Below are positions 32,302 to 41,599 of a DNA stretch of 64,000 bases, piece after piece; within the stretch, counting starts at the first letter, position 1, and every line of letters starts with the position of its first letter. Under the pieces are notes generated by a model. The model was not told where the DNA came from and did not search any database. It worked only from the letters and a program-made list of their open reading frames with translations. The translations under genes were made by a program, and so were the position numbers. Source of the DNA: Syntrophorhabdaceae bacterium (lineage in GTDB: Bacteria; Desulfobacterota; Syntrophorhabdia; Syntrophorhabdales; Syntrophorhabdaceae); the NCBI GenBank assembly GCA_963666485.2, contig CAXXUO010000001.1, positions 800,001 through 864,000 on the forward strand. Reading direction: 5' to 3'.

Positions 32302-33550
32302 TCTTTATGACGAGCGGGCCTTTCACGGCATCCATAACAAGGGATGCAGGAAGGCCGTTTTCAAGCAGTTGGGCCATGACGCGGCAGTATTTCCTGATAT
32401 GGAGGAAGAATTTTTTGTATCCTTCACACAGGTGGTGAAGTCCCGGTTCATCGTAGTATGAGATCCCGAAACGGTGTTTCGGGCATCCGCCCCGACAGGC
32501 GCGCAATACGTCACATTCACTGCACCAGCGCGGAAGGAGCGTTTGCTTGCCGGTCCCGAAACCGGACCTCTGTGATGTTTCCAACATACCGGCGACGGTA
32601 TCCGTACGTATATTACCAAGCTTGTATTGCGGATACACGCAGTGATCGCACGCGTATACGTCCCCGTTGTGCTCTATTACCAGGGAATGGCCGCAGGTTT
32701 CGGCGTGTACGCATACGGGCGAGGGATTGCCTATCCAGGCATTCAGGGCCCATTCGAAGTTCATGACAAAGATCCGCCCCACGTCATTGCGGACCCATTC
32801 CTCGTAGAGTGAAATGAGGAAATCGCCCCAATCTTCGGGCATTACGGACCATTGCGCGACCTCGGCGCCATCCTGCACCTTTTTCAGATCGGCGGGCCCG
32901 GCGAGCCTCAAGCCCTGCTCTTTGCTCAAGGCATCCGCCGTGCGCTCTACCACCGGGGAAAATTGGATGAACTCGACTCCCTGCTCCTTGAAGAACCGGT
33001 AGGTCTCGAGAGGGTTCATCGCGGTCTCCCGGGCGACGCACGCAAGGACATTATATTCAACCCCATGTTTCTGCAGTAATCTCAGGCCCCTCATCGCCGC
33101 GTTGAACGAGCCGTTTCCGCCGCGGTCCCGCCGGTACCGGTCGTGGACCTCCTGCGGGCCGTCAATGCTGATCCCAACCATGAAATTGTGCTGTTTCAGA
33201 AATGCACACCATTCATCATTGAGAAGCGTCCCGTTCGTTTGGAGCGAATTGACAATAGACTTTGTTCCGATAAAGGGCCTCTGCAATGCGAGGACACGCC
33301 TGAAGAAGTCAATTCCGAGCAGGGTCGGTTCACCGCCCTGCCAGACGAATTCGACGACCGGCGTTGGCTGTGATGAGATGTAGCCCGCGATGAAAGCCCG
33401 AAGGACGTCATCCGGCATCCGGTACTGTTCCACGCCGGGGAAGAGGGCCTTTTTCTCCAGGTAGAAGCAATATTCGCAATTGAGATTGCACAACGGCCCT
33501 ATCGGTTTCGCGATGATATGTATACCTTTTAGCGGACCATTTCCAGACAT
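32291..33550 (-). CDS. Anaerobic sulfatase maturase (radical SAM/SPASM)
   Basis: Motifs CNLNCEYC, WQGGEPTL, NSLQTNG and SPASM cysteines (YACDH, CSEC, CRGGCPKHR); divergent from a sulfatase. Confidence 0.93.
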   Translation of the reverse strand: MSGNGPLKGIHIIAKPIGPLCNLNCEYCFYLEKKALFPGVEQYRMPDDVLRAFIAGYISSQPTPVVEFVWQGGEPTLLGIDFFRRVLALQRPFIGTKSIVNSLQTNGTLLNDEWCAFLKQHNFMVGISIDGPQEVHDRYRRDRGGNGSFNAAMRGLRLLQKHGVEYNVLACVARETAMNPLETYRFFKEQGVEFIQFSPVVERTADALSKEQGLRLAGPADLKKVQDGAEVAQWSVMPEDWGDFLISLYEEWVRNDVGRIFVMNFEWALNAWIGNPSPVCVHAETCGHSLVIEHNGDVYACDHCVYPQYKLGNIRTDTVAGMLETSQRSGFGTGKQTLLPRWCSECDVLRACRGGCPKHRFGISYYDEPGLHHLCEGYKKFFLHIRKYCRVMAQLLENGLPASLVMDAVKGPLVIKKRT

Positions 33551-33759
33551 GATCTTCTCACATTGCCGCCGAAAGACTGCCGGGCCTTCGCACCGGGACC
33601 TGCGACGGGTATAGTATACTCCAGGGCAGCCCGGGGGAAAACGAATTATGTTCGCCGGGCACTGCGGAAATTATATTCTCATTTACAACGTAGTATAGTT
33701 TGCTATACTTCATCAACGAGAAACGGTCAGGTTAAGATACCGGAATTCAAGGAGGGAAC

Positions 33760-35262
33760 GTGAAGCGAAATGCCAGGGCCACCCAAACTTGCATATGGAC
33801 GACTGTGGGCGCACTCCTGACCGGCGGGACTATCACCGGAACAGTCACGGGGACGGAAGCTGCCACGCATGAGCCAAAACCTGTGCAGACCGCACCTCGC
33901 CATGAACGCGACCCGAGGCCCAACATTCTCTACATTGTCGCAGACGACCTGGGGTGGAAGGACGTCGGGTTCCACGGTTCGGACATCAAAACACCGAACC
34001 TTGACCGGCTGGCAAAGAACGGCGCCCGCCTGGAACAATTCTACGCACAGCCAATGAGCACACCTTCGCGCGCAGGGCTTTTGACCGGCCGATATCCCCA
34101 TCGCTACGGCCTGCAGACCCTGGTCATTCCTTCAGCGGGGAAATACGGAGTGCCTACGGACGAATGGCTGCTGCCGCAGGCTTTGAAGGAGGCCGGCTAC
34201 ACGACGGCGATCGTCGGGAAATGGCATCTCGGGCACGCCGACCGTAAATACTGGCCCCGTCAGCGCGGGTTCGATTACCAGTACGGGCCCCTGCTCGGTG
34301 AGATCGATTACTTTACCCATGCCGCCCACGGGAAGAGGGACTGGTTCAAGAACAACAGGCCCCTCGTGGAGAAAGGCTATGTGACGCAATTGCTCGGGAA
34401 AGACGCTGTCAGGCTGGTAAATACATACGATGAGGCGAAGCCTTTCTTTCTCTACCTGGCCTTTACCGCTCCCCATGCGCCCTACCAGGCGCCCCGGGAG
34501 TACCTCGATAAATACCGCAGCATTGCCGACCCGAGCCGCCGCGCTTACGCCGCGATGATCACGTGCATGGACGACGAGATCGGCAAGGTGGTACGTGCGT
34601 TAGAAAAAAGGAACATGCTCAATAATACGCTGATCATATTCCAGAGTGATAATGGAGGCCCACGCTCCGCGAAGTTCACCGGGGAAGTGGACATGTCGAA
34701 AAGCACCATCCCCGCCGATAATGGCCCCTACCGCGACGGGAAGGGAATGCTGTACGAGGGCGGTACGCGAGTAGTCGCCTTTGCCAGCTGGCCGGGCCGC
34801 ATAACACCGGGCGACAGGACCACCCAGATGATCCACATTACCGATATGTACCCGACGCTCGCCAAGCTTGCCCGGGCCCGGCTCGACAAAAATAAACCCC
34901 TGGACGGTATGGATGTATGGTCTGCTATCGCCGACGGCGCACCTTCCCCCCGCAAGGAGGTCGTGTACGACATTGAGCCTTTTCGGGCCGCGCTGCGCGA
35001 TGGCGATTGGAAGCTGGTGTGGCAGGCAACCCTCCCATCCAGCATAGAGCTCTTCAATATCGCCAAAGACCCGTCGGAGAAGACAAACGTCGCTGACACG
35101 AATCCTCAGAAGGTCGCCGAACTGAAGCAGAAGATCGAGGCCCTGTCCAAAGAGGCTGTTCCGCCCTCGATCCTCACGGAGGTACTTGGAGTAACCAAGC
35201 GTGAGCTTTTCGGGTCTGTCGGTTTTCCGGAGGATGAGGAGAAGTACCAGCTGGAGCCATAG
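33760..35262 (+). CDS. Exported arylsulfatase (Ser-type)
   Basis: Motifs PNILYIVADDLG, STPSRAGLLTGR (SxPxR), GKWHLG and SDNG. Confidence 0.93.
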   Translation: MKRNARATQTCIWTTVGALLTGGTITGTVTGTEAATHEPKPVQTAPRHERDPRPNILYIVADDLGWKDVGFHGSDIKTPNLDRLAKNGARLEQFYAQPMSTPSRAGLLTGRYPHRYGLQTLVIPSAGKYGVPTDEWLLPQALKEAGYTTAIVGKWHLGHADRKYWPRQRGFDYQYGPLLGEIDYFTHAAHGKRDWFKNNRPLVEKGYVTQLLGKDAVRLVNTYDEAKPFFLYLAFTAPHAPYQAPREYLDKYRSIADPSRRAYAAMITCMDDEIGKVVRALEKRNMLNNTLIIFQSDNGGPRSAKFTGEVDMSKSTIPADNGPYRDGKGMLYEGGTRVVAFASWPGRITPGDRTTQMIHITDMYPTLAKLARARLDKNKPLDGMDVWSAIADGAPSPRKEVVYDIEPFRAALRDGDWKLVWQATLPSSIELFNIAKDPSEKTNVADTNPQKVAELKQKIEALSKEAVPPSILTEVLGVTKRELFGSVGFPEDEEKYQLEP

Positions 35263-35444
35263 AGATCGAAAATCTTTGATACGCATTAATAAAACTATCG
35301 ACGATATAAGGAACCAGACTTTGGAGCATGTGCAGGAATGAACTCCCAAAACTTGACATGTTCGTGTCCGGCAAAGCGGGGCGGATAGAGTTGACCAGGG
35401 CCTTGATAAAAGCCTTTAAGGAGCATCTGCCTATCCCGGTATAA

Positions 35445-36635
35445 TCACAGCAAGGCCACGGATAGTACGGTGCCCGCAAGTACTATATAGAGAATATCAA
35501 TTTTTCGTAGAAGGGCTATCATGACCGCTAATGCCAGAGATGCCCTGGTTATGTCCCATGATACATCCCGAAAGAATTTGACCCCGACAAATAGTAATAA
35601 ACCTACAAAGCAGGCAAAGACCCCTTCCATCGCCTTTATGAAATAAGGCGACGTCCTGAACCGGTTAAAGAGAGGGTCGACAAGGACCAGGATAAGGAAG
35701 GAGGGCGTGAATATGGCTATACTGGCGATGACTGCACCCGGAAAGCCTTGTAATAAATACCCTACGAAAGTTGCGGTGATGATAATTGGCCCCGGTGTGA
35801 TCTGACCCAACGCAATCCCGTCCATAAAAGTCTTATTGCTCATCCAGCCGTGGACATTGACGACCTTCTGGAGCATAAGGGGAAGGGATGAAAAACCGCC
35901 GCCAAAAGCAAAGGCATCTATTTGGACCATGACTGTAGCAAGTTCAAACAGCCTGTCATTGGCGAAGTAAAGGGCGATGAGCCCGGCAAGGAAGGTCCCG
36001 AGCAAGATCCAGATACCTTTGTGGAACCAGGTATTTTTTGTACAATGAGTTCCAGAAATTTCAGGGGATGGTTCTGCCCTCATGAACAGGATCCCGGCCA
36101 GGGCACTTATGAGAATGACCCAAAAGGGGCTGATACCGGACCAGAAAAGCGCCGTCGAGGCAAGGACAAACAGCAGGTTTGTCAGATCCCTCTTAAGGCT
36201 TTTACCAAAGCCCAAAACAGCATTAAAGGTGATTGCAACGACGATAACCTGAAGCCCGTTGAATGCTGAAGCCACCAAGGGAATGTTTCTGAATTTGGAG
36301 AACAAGACCGAGAAAGCCAGCATGATAAGAAAAGCCGGCAGGCCGAAGCCGATATAAGACGCCAATGCGCCTCGTATTCCCTGTATCCTGAGCCCCACAT
36401 ATGCCGCTACCTGCATTGCGGTGGCCCCGGGGATCGACTGGGCAAGGACAATGCCGTTTTTGAATTCAGGCTCGCTCAACCACCGCTTTCGAGAGACGGC
36501 GAGTTCTTTGATATAGGCCACCATAGCCGGGCCGCCGAAAGAGGTCACCCCGAGCCGCAGAAATGCCCAGAAAAGCGTCTTTAGAGAACTTTTAGCCCTA
36601 ACATCGCACTCTCTCTGTAATGTATACGGTTCCAT
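35445..36635 (-). CDS. chrA: Chromate transporter, long-chain CHR family
   Basis: Two CHR halves: SFGGP...AQSIPG and AFGGG...GQITPGP. Confidence 0.88.
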   Translation of the reverse strand: MEPYTLQRECDVRAKSSLKTLFWAFLRLGVTSFGGPAMVAYIKELAVSRKRWLSEPEFKNGIVLAQSIPGATAMQVAAYVGLRIQGIRGALASYIGFGLPAFLIMLAFSVLFSKFRNIPLVASAFNGLQVIVVAITFNAVLGFGKSLKRDLTNLLFVLASTALFWSGISPFWVILISALAGILFMRAEPSPEISGTHCTKNTWFHKGIWILLGTFLAGLIALYFANDRLFELATVMVQIDAFAFGGGFSSLPLMLQKVVNVHGWMSNKTFMDGIALGQITPGPIIITATFVGYLLQGFPGAVIASIAIFTPSFLILVLVDPLFNRFRTSPYFIKAMEGVFACFVGLLLFVGVKFFRDVSWDITRASLALAVMIALLRKIDILYIVLAGTVLSVALL

Positions 36636-36669
36636 TCAGTTATATTTAGTGCACCTCCACAAGGTTGTA

Positions 36670-37935
36670 TTAGATCGCCGGCGTAGGAACATTCTCCCAC
36701 GCCGTTGCTTTCTTCACCTTAACTATATTGACGATGTCACCTGTTTTCACGTTAATGTCGACGAAACTGACGGGGGTCCTCACCGTGTTCACTGCCAGGA
36801 GGTGACTGCCGGCGGCGCGTCCCCCGGAGTGCTCGATTTCTACCACGGCCACCCTCCGGTAACTGCAGGTGTTGCAGTCCGTGTCGATACCCTTTTCGGC
36901 TATCGGGCAGTGGTGCTTTCGTGCGACTGCAGGGTCGACCTTAAACATTTTGGCCATATGAAGAGAGGGCGATGCCCGGAGGTGCTCGAAAGGATGGAGG
37001 ACCCATTCGTTGATCATGGCCACGGTGTGGTGCTTTTTATACAGGTGAAATTCCGTCCCTGTGTCAGCGATCATCCCTTGCATGATGTAATCGGCGGGCA
37101 TAAGATAACCGAGATAGTCTTTATCGGGAGACATGCCCACGTCCGCTCCACCGTTCTGCTTTAATATGCCGGTGATTGCCATGCCGCTCGCCCCCTGGTC
37201 CTCTGGCAATATGGGCACAAGGGTAAGGTTTCCCCGGGATTCAAAGGGCAGAGAGTTGAGCGTTATTTCCCTGAGCAGAAAACCACCGCCAACCACGATA
37301 ATGATTATCGAGACGGGGACGACCACATATCGCAGTGATGTCTTCGGGGCAAAGGAAACTCGTTTCTCCAGCCACACAGGAACGAACATGCCGGTCCTGT
37401 TCATGTAGTCCTGGTAGGAAGCGCCGAACTGGTTGAGCATCCTTTTTTCTTCATCCTTGGCGAGGAAATAGTACAGAATGAACATGATCGAAAGGCTCGC
37501 GAGAACGATAAAACGCGGCCAGAGTACGCTCATGCCCACTCCCCACACCCCGAGGGCAGTGTATTGCGGGTGTCGTATGATGGAATAGAGGCCCCTGGAC
37601 GCTATGCCCCACTTGAATATCTTCCCCAGGTATACCTGGAGTGCACAGGCAAAAAAGACAACGGAACCCGCCACGAAAAAAACGGAGCCAAGGACGCGGA
37701 CCGTTTTCAGGAACAATGTCGGGGGAAGGATCATATGGGGCAGAAAAAACGCCGTGAGCCACCGGGTCGCTGCGAAGCTGTCGAGAAAATGGAATATGGG
37801 GTTGAATACGGAATAAAAGAAGAAGGCGAAGGGGCTTATCATTATCATGATCTCAAAGGCCATGATGAAGAAGGCGACAATGCTCAGGCGTGCCGTTATC
37901 TTCGTTATCATTTCCTCAATCCCTGCTCGTGTCAT
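36670..37935 (-). CDS. ICMT/PEMT-family membrane methyltransferase-like protein with a C-terminal His/Cys-rich extension
   Basis: GLYSIIRHPQY and EEKRMLNQFG.SY..Y family motifs, followed by ~200 aa of soluble domain containing HHC and CNTC. Confidence 0.7.
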   Translation of the reverse strand: MTRAGIEEMITKITARLSIVAFFIMAFEIMIMISPFAFFFYSVFNPIFHFLDSFAATRWLTAFFLPHMILPPTLFLKTVRVLGSVFFVAGSVVFFACALQVYLGKIFKWGIASRGLYSIIRHPQYTALGVWGVGMSVLWPRFIVLASLSIMFILYYFLAKDEEKRMLNQFGASYQDYMNRTGMFVPVWLEKRVSFAPKTSLRYVVVPVSIIIIVVGGGFLLREITLNSLPFESRGNLTLVPILPEDQGASGMAITGILKQNGGADVGMSPDKDYLGYLMPADYIMQGMIADTGTEFHLYKKHHTVAMINEWVLHPFEHLRASPSLHMAKMFKVDPAVARKHHCPIAEKGIDTDCNTCSYRRVAVVEIEHSGGRAAGSHLLAVNTVRTPVSFVDINVKTGDIVNIVKVKKATAWENVPTPAI

Positions 37936-37949
37936 GTGAGACCTCCTGT

Positions 37950-38357
37950 TTATTTCCGAGTGACCGCTTGGTTAAGCGCCGTTTCGAGATCCTTGATGGT
38001 CCATTTCCCTTGAAACGGAGGCGGGCCTGACCCTATGGGGAAACCCGTGAGCTTTACCGGACCCTGGGGCAGGTTGGCGCTGTAGCTCCCGTCTATCCAG
38101 ATAACGAGCGGCATGTGTTCGTGCAGGCCTTTAGCTTTCATGAAATTCTTGCCCTCTGTACTGTCGATATCATACCAGGACACCTTTATTTTCCCGTCGT
38201 ACCTGGAAAGTGTGTCCTTGAGCTGTTTTATGGTCGGCTGCATGGGTGGGTGATTCATATAGAGCACTTCGACTTTCGGGATGCCTGCAGCAATAGCACC
38301 GTAAACGAAGCAGAAAATGACCAGCACCAAAGTGCCGATAAAAACGGTTTTACTCAC
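37950..38357 (-). CDS. Exported hypothetical protein (possibly thioredoxin-like fold, no CxxC)
   Basis: Signal peptide, beta-alpha pattern, HPPM and HEHMP segments; operon context. Confidence 0.6.
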   Translation of the reverse strand: MSKTVFIGTLVLVIFCFVYGAIAAGIPKVEVLYMNHPPMQPTIKQLKDTLSRYDGKIKVSWYDIDSTEGKNFMKAKGLHEHMPLVIWIDGSYSANLPQGPVKLTGFPIGSGPPPFQGKWTIKDLETALNQAVTRK

Positions 38358-38394
38358 TCTTTACCTACCTATTTTTAAAAAAGACCGGATATTG

Positions 38395-38886
38395 TCACGG
38401 GCATGGCCCTTCACGGCGCATAGTCATTGCACCCTCTATCAGCTTCATGAATTTCTTCTGCTGTTCCGGGGTGAGCATCGATTTGAACTCGAGCATATGA
38501 GCGACCACCATTTTCTGCATTTCTTCCTGTCTTTTATTGATCTGAACTATCGTCGCCTCAATTGCCCGATTATCCTGCAGGTCTGTCGACATCTGTCCGA
38601 TCAGTTTATTTCGCAGTTGATCAATTTCCTGTCGTTTTTGATCTATGAGTGTATGGAATTGATCGGCTTTCCCCTGAAATATTTTTACCTGTTCGGGTTT
38701 CAGGGACAGCTCCTGGAAAAGATGATTGCTTCTTCTATTGCACTCCGCGCGGCTCGGAAGATGGCCCGCGGTAAACGAGGGACGGTACCATGGCGGTTTG
38801 AAATGGGAGTACGCCGCCGCTCCGAGCAGTGACAAATTCAGAAGAAGGGAAACAAGCAGTATGTACTTTAAGGTGCCGGTCCTCAT
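38395..38886 (-). CDS. Periplasmic Spy/CpxP/heavy-metal-sensor-like helical protein
   Basis: TM anchor SLLLN, helical hairpin, LTPEQ motif; follows an anti-sigma gene. Confidence 0.78.
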   Translation of the reverse strand: MRTGTLKYILLVSLLLNLSLLGAAAYSHFKPPWYRPSFTAGHLPSRAECNRRSNHLFQELSLKPEQVKIFQGKADQFHTLIDQKRQEIDQLRNKLIGQMSTDLQDNRAIEATIVQINKRQEEMQKMVVAHMLEFKSMLTPEQQKKFMKLIEGAMTMRREGPCP

Positions 38887-39347
38887 TGGTCACCTCTCAG
38901 AAGGGAGGCATAAATTCCAGTGATCGATCCGGGCGGCGTTGCCTGAAAAAGGTCCAGCGAGAAGGAATCTTGCACCGCTGCCTGCCTTTCGACGGTCCTA
39001 TCGGCCACCAACGCGCGGCCCGATATAATGCCGACGGCCACAACTATGAGGGCAAAGGTCGCCTTCGCCGCGTAAGCAAAGAATGGCTCAGCCCTGGAGG
39101 CACGTACAAGCCAGGGAAGGTGTGAATCCGCTTCGGCCACTCGTGCTATGACGCGTTGTGTGAACCCGTAGGGCGCCTCATAACGTTCTGCCCTGATGAA
39201 TAGGTGATGGACACGTTCGGCATCCGTGAGCTCCTGCCGGCACAGATCACATTCTTCGGCGTGCGACAAAAGGATTTTCCTGTCCGCCGGTCTTAATTCA
39301 TCGTCCACATAGGGGGAAATCATCTTCCTTATCTGTGAACAGTTCAT
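38883..39347 (-). CDS. Anti-sigma factor with zf-HC2 zinc finger
   Basis: MNC..IR..ISPYVDDEL and HAEECDLC (HxxxCxxC), one TM segment. Confidence 0.85.
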   Translation of the reverse strand: MNCSQIRKMISPYVDDELRPADRKILLSHAEECDLCRQELTDAERVHHLFIRAERYEAPYGFTQRVIARVAEADSHLPWLVRASRAEPFFAYAAKATFALIVVAVGIISGRALVADRTVERQAAVQDSFSLDLFQATPPGSITGIYASLLRGDQ

Positions 39348-39370
39348 TGTTTTCTTCCTCCAATGAATTA

Positions 39371-39394
39371 AACGATTCAAATTCCGTTTTGTTC
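39371..39394 (-). promoter_or_regulatory. Putative ECF sigma promoter upstream of the anti-sigma gene
   Basis: Minus strand GAAC-N16-CGTT, the same geometry as 39959-39982. Confidence 0.65.
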
Positions 39395-39410
39395 AAAAAA
39401 AATATTGCAC

Positions 39411-39947
39411 CTAGATTTTCTTGTATAAAATGCGGCGCAGCTCCCCTCTGGCCCTCGATATACGGGACTTTACCGTTCCAACAGAGGTATGCAGGGTTCG
39501 TGCGATCTCTTCATAAGAAAGCCCCTCCAGTTCCCTTAAAATGATTGCTGCCCGGAGTTTCTCGGGTAGCCTGGTGAGGGAGGCCTGGATGAGCTTTGCT
39601 GTTTCTTTTGATTGATAGATATGCTCTGGCGAAGGCTCGGGAGACGCTATATCTTCTAGATATTCGGAAGGTACAGAGGCTTTACCTTTCTTCCTGTAAT
39701 CACGACAGGTATTTACTGCAATACGGTACAGCCATGTATAGAACTCGAAGTCGGGTTTATAACCATTGAGTGCCTTATATGCCTTCACAAAGGTATCCTG
39801 AGCTGCATCTTCGGCATCACGGGGATATCCCAGCATATACAGGCACAGGTTGTATATTCTGTCCTGGTATTTGCGTACTAAGTCTTCAAATACAGACCTG
39901 TCACCCTGCTTGAATTGCATTATGACTTCAAGCTCGGTTAGTTCCAT
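39411..39947 (-). CDS. ECF RNA polymerase sigma factor
   Basis: Motifs DAEDAAQDTFVKAY, TWLYRIAVN and LSYEEIA...GTVKSRISRAR. Confidence 0.93.
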   Translation of the reverse strand: MELTELEVIMQFKQGDRSVFEDLVRKYQDRIYNLCLYMLGYPRDAEDAAQDTFVKAYKALNGYKPDFEFYTWLYRIAVNTCRDYRKKGKASVPSEYLEDIASPEPSPEHIYQSKETAKLIQASLTRLPEKLRAAIILRELEGLSYEEIARTLHTSVGTVKSRISRARGELRRILYKKI

Positions 39948-39958
39948 TTCTTTAATAT

Positions 39959-39982
39959 AACGAATGCAAGGAAGGATTGTTC
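39959..39982 (-). promoter_or_regulatory. Putative autoregulatory ECF sigma promoter
   Basis: Minus strand GGAAC-N16-CGTT, ending 11 nt before the sigma ATG. Confidence 0.65.
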
Positions 39983-40273
39983 CAAAAATATTTACGCTTT
40001 ACCAAAATCATATTTTAAATTTCATTCGGGGAAAATGACTGGCGGCTCAGTACACTAATTGTATTGACTAATAGTTGGCACAGGGTGCCACTGGAAAGTA
40101 CTACAAAGGAAAAACTTATTTCGTTACAGACAGGGCGCGTTGTTCCTTGATAACGTTAAAATATATTGTAAGGCGCTTGCGTCATGCCCGGGTAAACATT
40201 AATTTATGGGATACAAGGGTTGCAAGTTACCGGTTCTCTTAAGGGGTTCGAACGGGAAAAAGGGCTATTCAAT

Positions 40274-41377
40274 ATGGGCTTCATGAAGAAATTAAGACTT
40301 AAGGCATATCCGACGATATCGAGGTATTTTAGCCACACAGCGTTGGTTGAAGGTAAACTTAAGTATACGGAGGAGGCTTTCCGCTGTCTCTTCATAGATA
40401 ACGTTAATTTTAAAAGTTATATGCTTCCCCGGATGTACGAAGGAGCCGCGGTCTCATTAAAGACGGGGAATATTTGGATCCCGCGTTTCAAAACAGTTCT
40501 TCAAGATTACTCTGATTCTATCGACATGTGCCTGGCTGTCCCTCCCCGGGAATATATGTCCGAATTTGAGAAACTGGCGCATCTTGGGACCCACTGGTCC
40601 ATCCCCTCATTTGTCGATACATCCGGCGATTGGAAAGAGACGAAGAAGCGGTTTCACACCAGGAAAAGAAAGTTTTCAGATCGAATGGATAAGGATCCCA
40701 TGTTTTCATGCCGGTTTTCAAATGACCTCAAAGACTTTGATTTCTTTTATTATGAGATGCATAAGCCCCATATTCAAAAAAGGTTTGGAGACCTTTCCGA
40801 ATTGGGTTCTTACGACCAGGCGAAGGATTTCTTTCTTGATGGCGGCTTTGTCGTCTTGATCAAAGAAGCGGGTAAAACGGTTGCCGGCGGTTTATGTGCC
40901 ATTCAAGATAATACATTGTTTATGCATAGTGCCGGGATCCGGCATGGGAATGAAGAATATCTTAAGAGAGGGGCTTTATCCGCTGAGTATTATTTTACTC
41001 TCAAATATGCTTCGGAGCACGGCATCTCAAAAGTCGATTTAGGGCCAAGCAAGCCTTTCTTCAATGATGGGGTTCATAAGACGAAAAGAGAATGGGGGGC
41101 AACGTTTTATCCGGTTAACCCACCAAAGCCACGGGTCTTTTTCTTCATTCCCGAAATGTCCAAGAAAGTGGTAAAATTCTTCGAAAACAACCCCCTCATA
41201 GTTCCTAAAGAAGATAAAATATATGGGTTTGTTGGCTGGACTGGCGAAGATCATCCATCTGCAAAGGATGAAAAGGAACTTACCAAACGATACTATTCGC
41301 CCGGTCTCGACGGACTGATGTTGATTCGGCCCTGTTCTAAAAATCCGCTCCACATACCTTTTTCCGTAAACACGTAA
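40274..41377 (+). CDS. Hypothetical protein with probable GNAT/FemAB-like domain
   Basis: AT-rich long ORF; VAGGL, ALSAEYYFTLKYA and VDLGPS...GVHKTKREWGA resemble Acetyltransf_6/FemAB-type C-termini. Start uncertain. Confidence 0.55.
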   Translation: MGFMKKLRLKAYPTISRYFSHTALVEGKLKYTEEAFRCLFIDNVNFKSYMLPRMYEGAAVSLKTGNIWIPRFKTVLQDYSDSIDMCLAVPPREYMSEFEKLAHLGTHWSIPSFVDTSGDWKETKKRFHTRKRKFSDRMDKDPMFSCRFSNDLKDFDFFYYEMHKPHIQKRFGDLSELGSYDQAKDFFLDGGFVVLIKEAGKTVAGGLCAIQDNTLFMHSAGIRHGNEEYLKRGALSAEYYFTLKYASEHGISKVDLGPSKPFFNDGVHKTKREWGATFYPVNPPKPRVFFFIPEMSKKVVKFFENNPLIVPKEDKIYGFVGWTGEDHPSAKDEKELTKRYYSPGLDGLMLIRPCSKNPLHIPFSVNT

Positions 41378-41599
41378 TCTGTACAGGCTAAGAAATCAAC
41401 CTTCAAACAGATCCGTAAAAGCCCGGTGATATTTCACTCTAAAGTATTCATTCAACCTTAAAAAGTCGTCTTCTCAACTCGTAAACGTTTCGGGAAGATT
41501 TCTGTTACATCCACACAGGCTCTGGATCCACAGAACCAGCTTATGCCATATAAAAAATAAAACGTTGTGCAGGAATACTAATAATAGCTATAATCGAAT

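Noticed and set aside
40240..40256. AGGGGTTCGAA as a fourth tRNA-derived att copy
   Set aside because: Only ~8 nt match and the flanks do not align, so it is compatible with chance.
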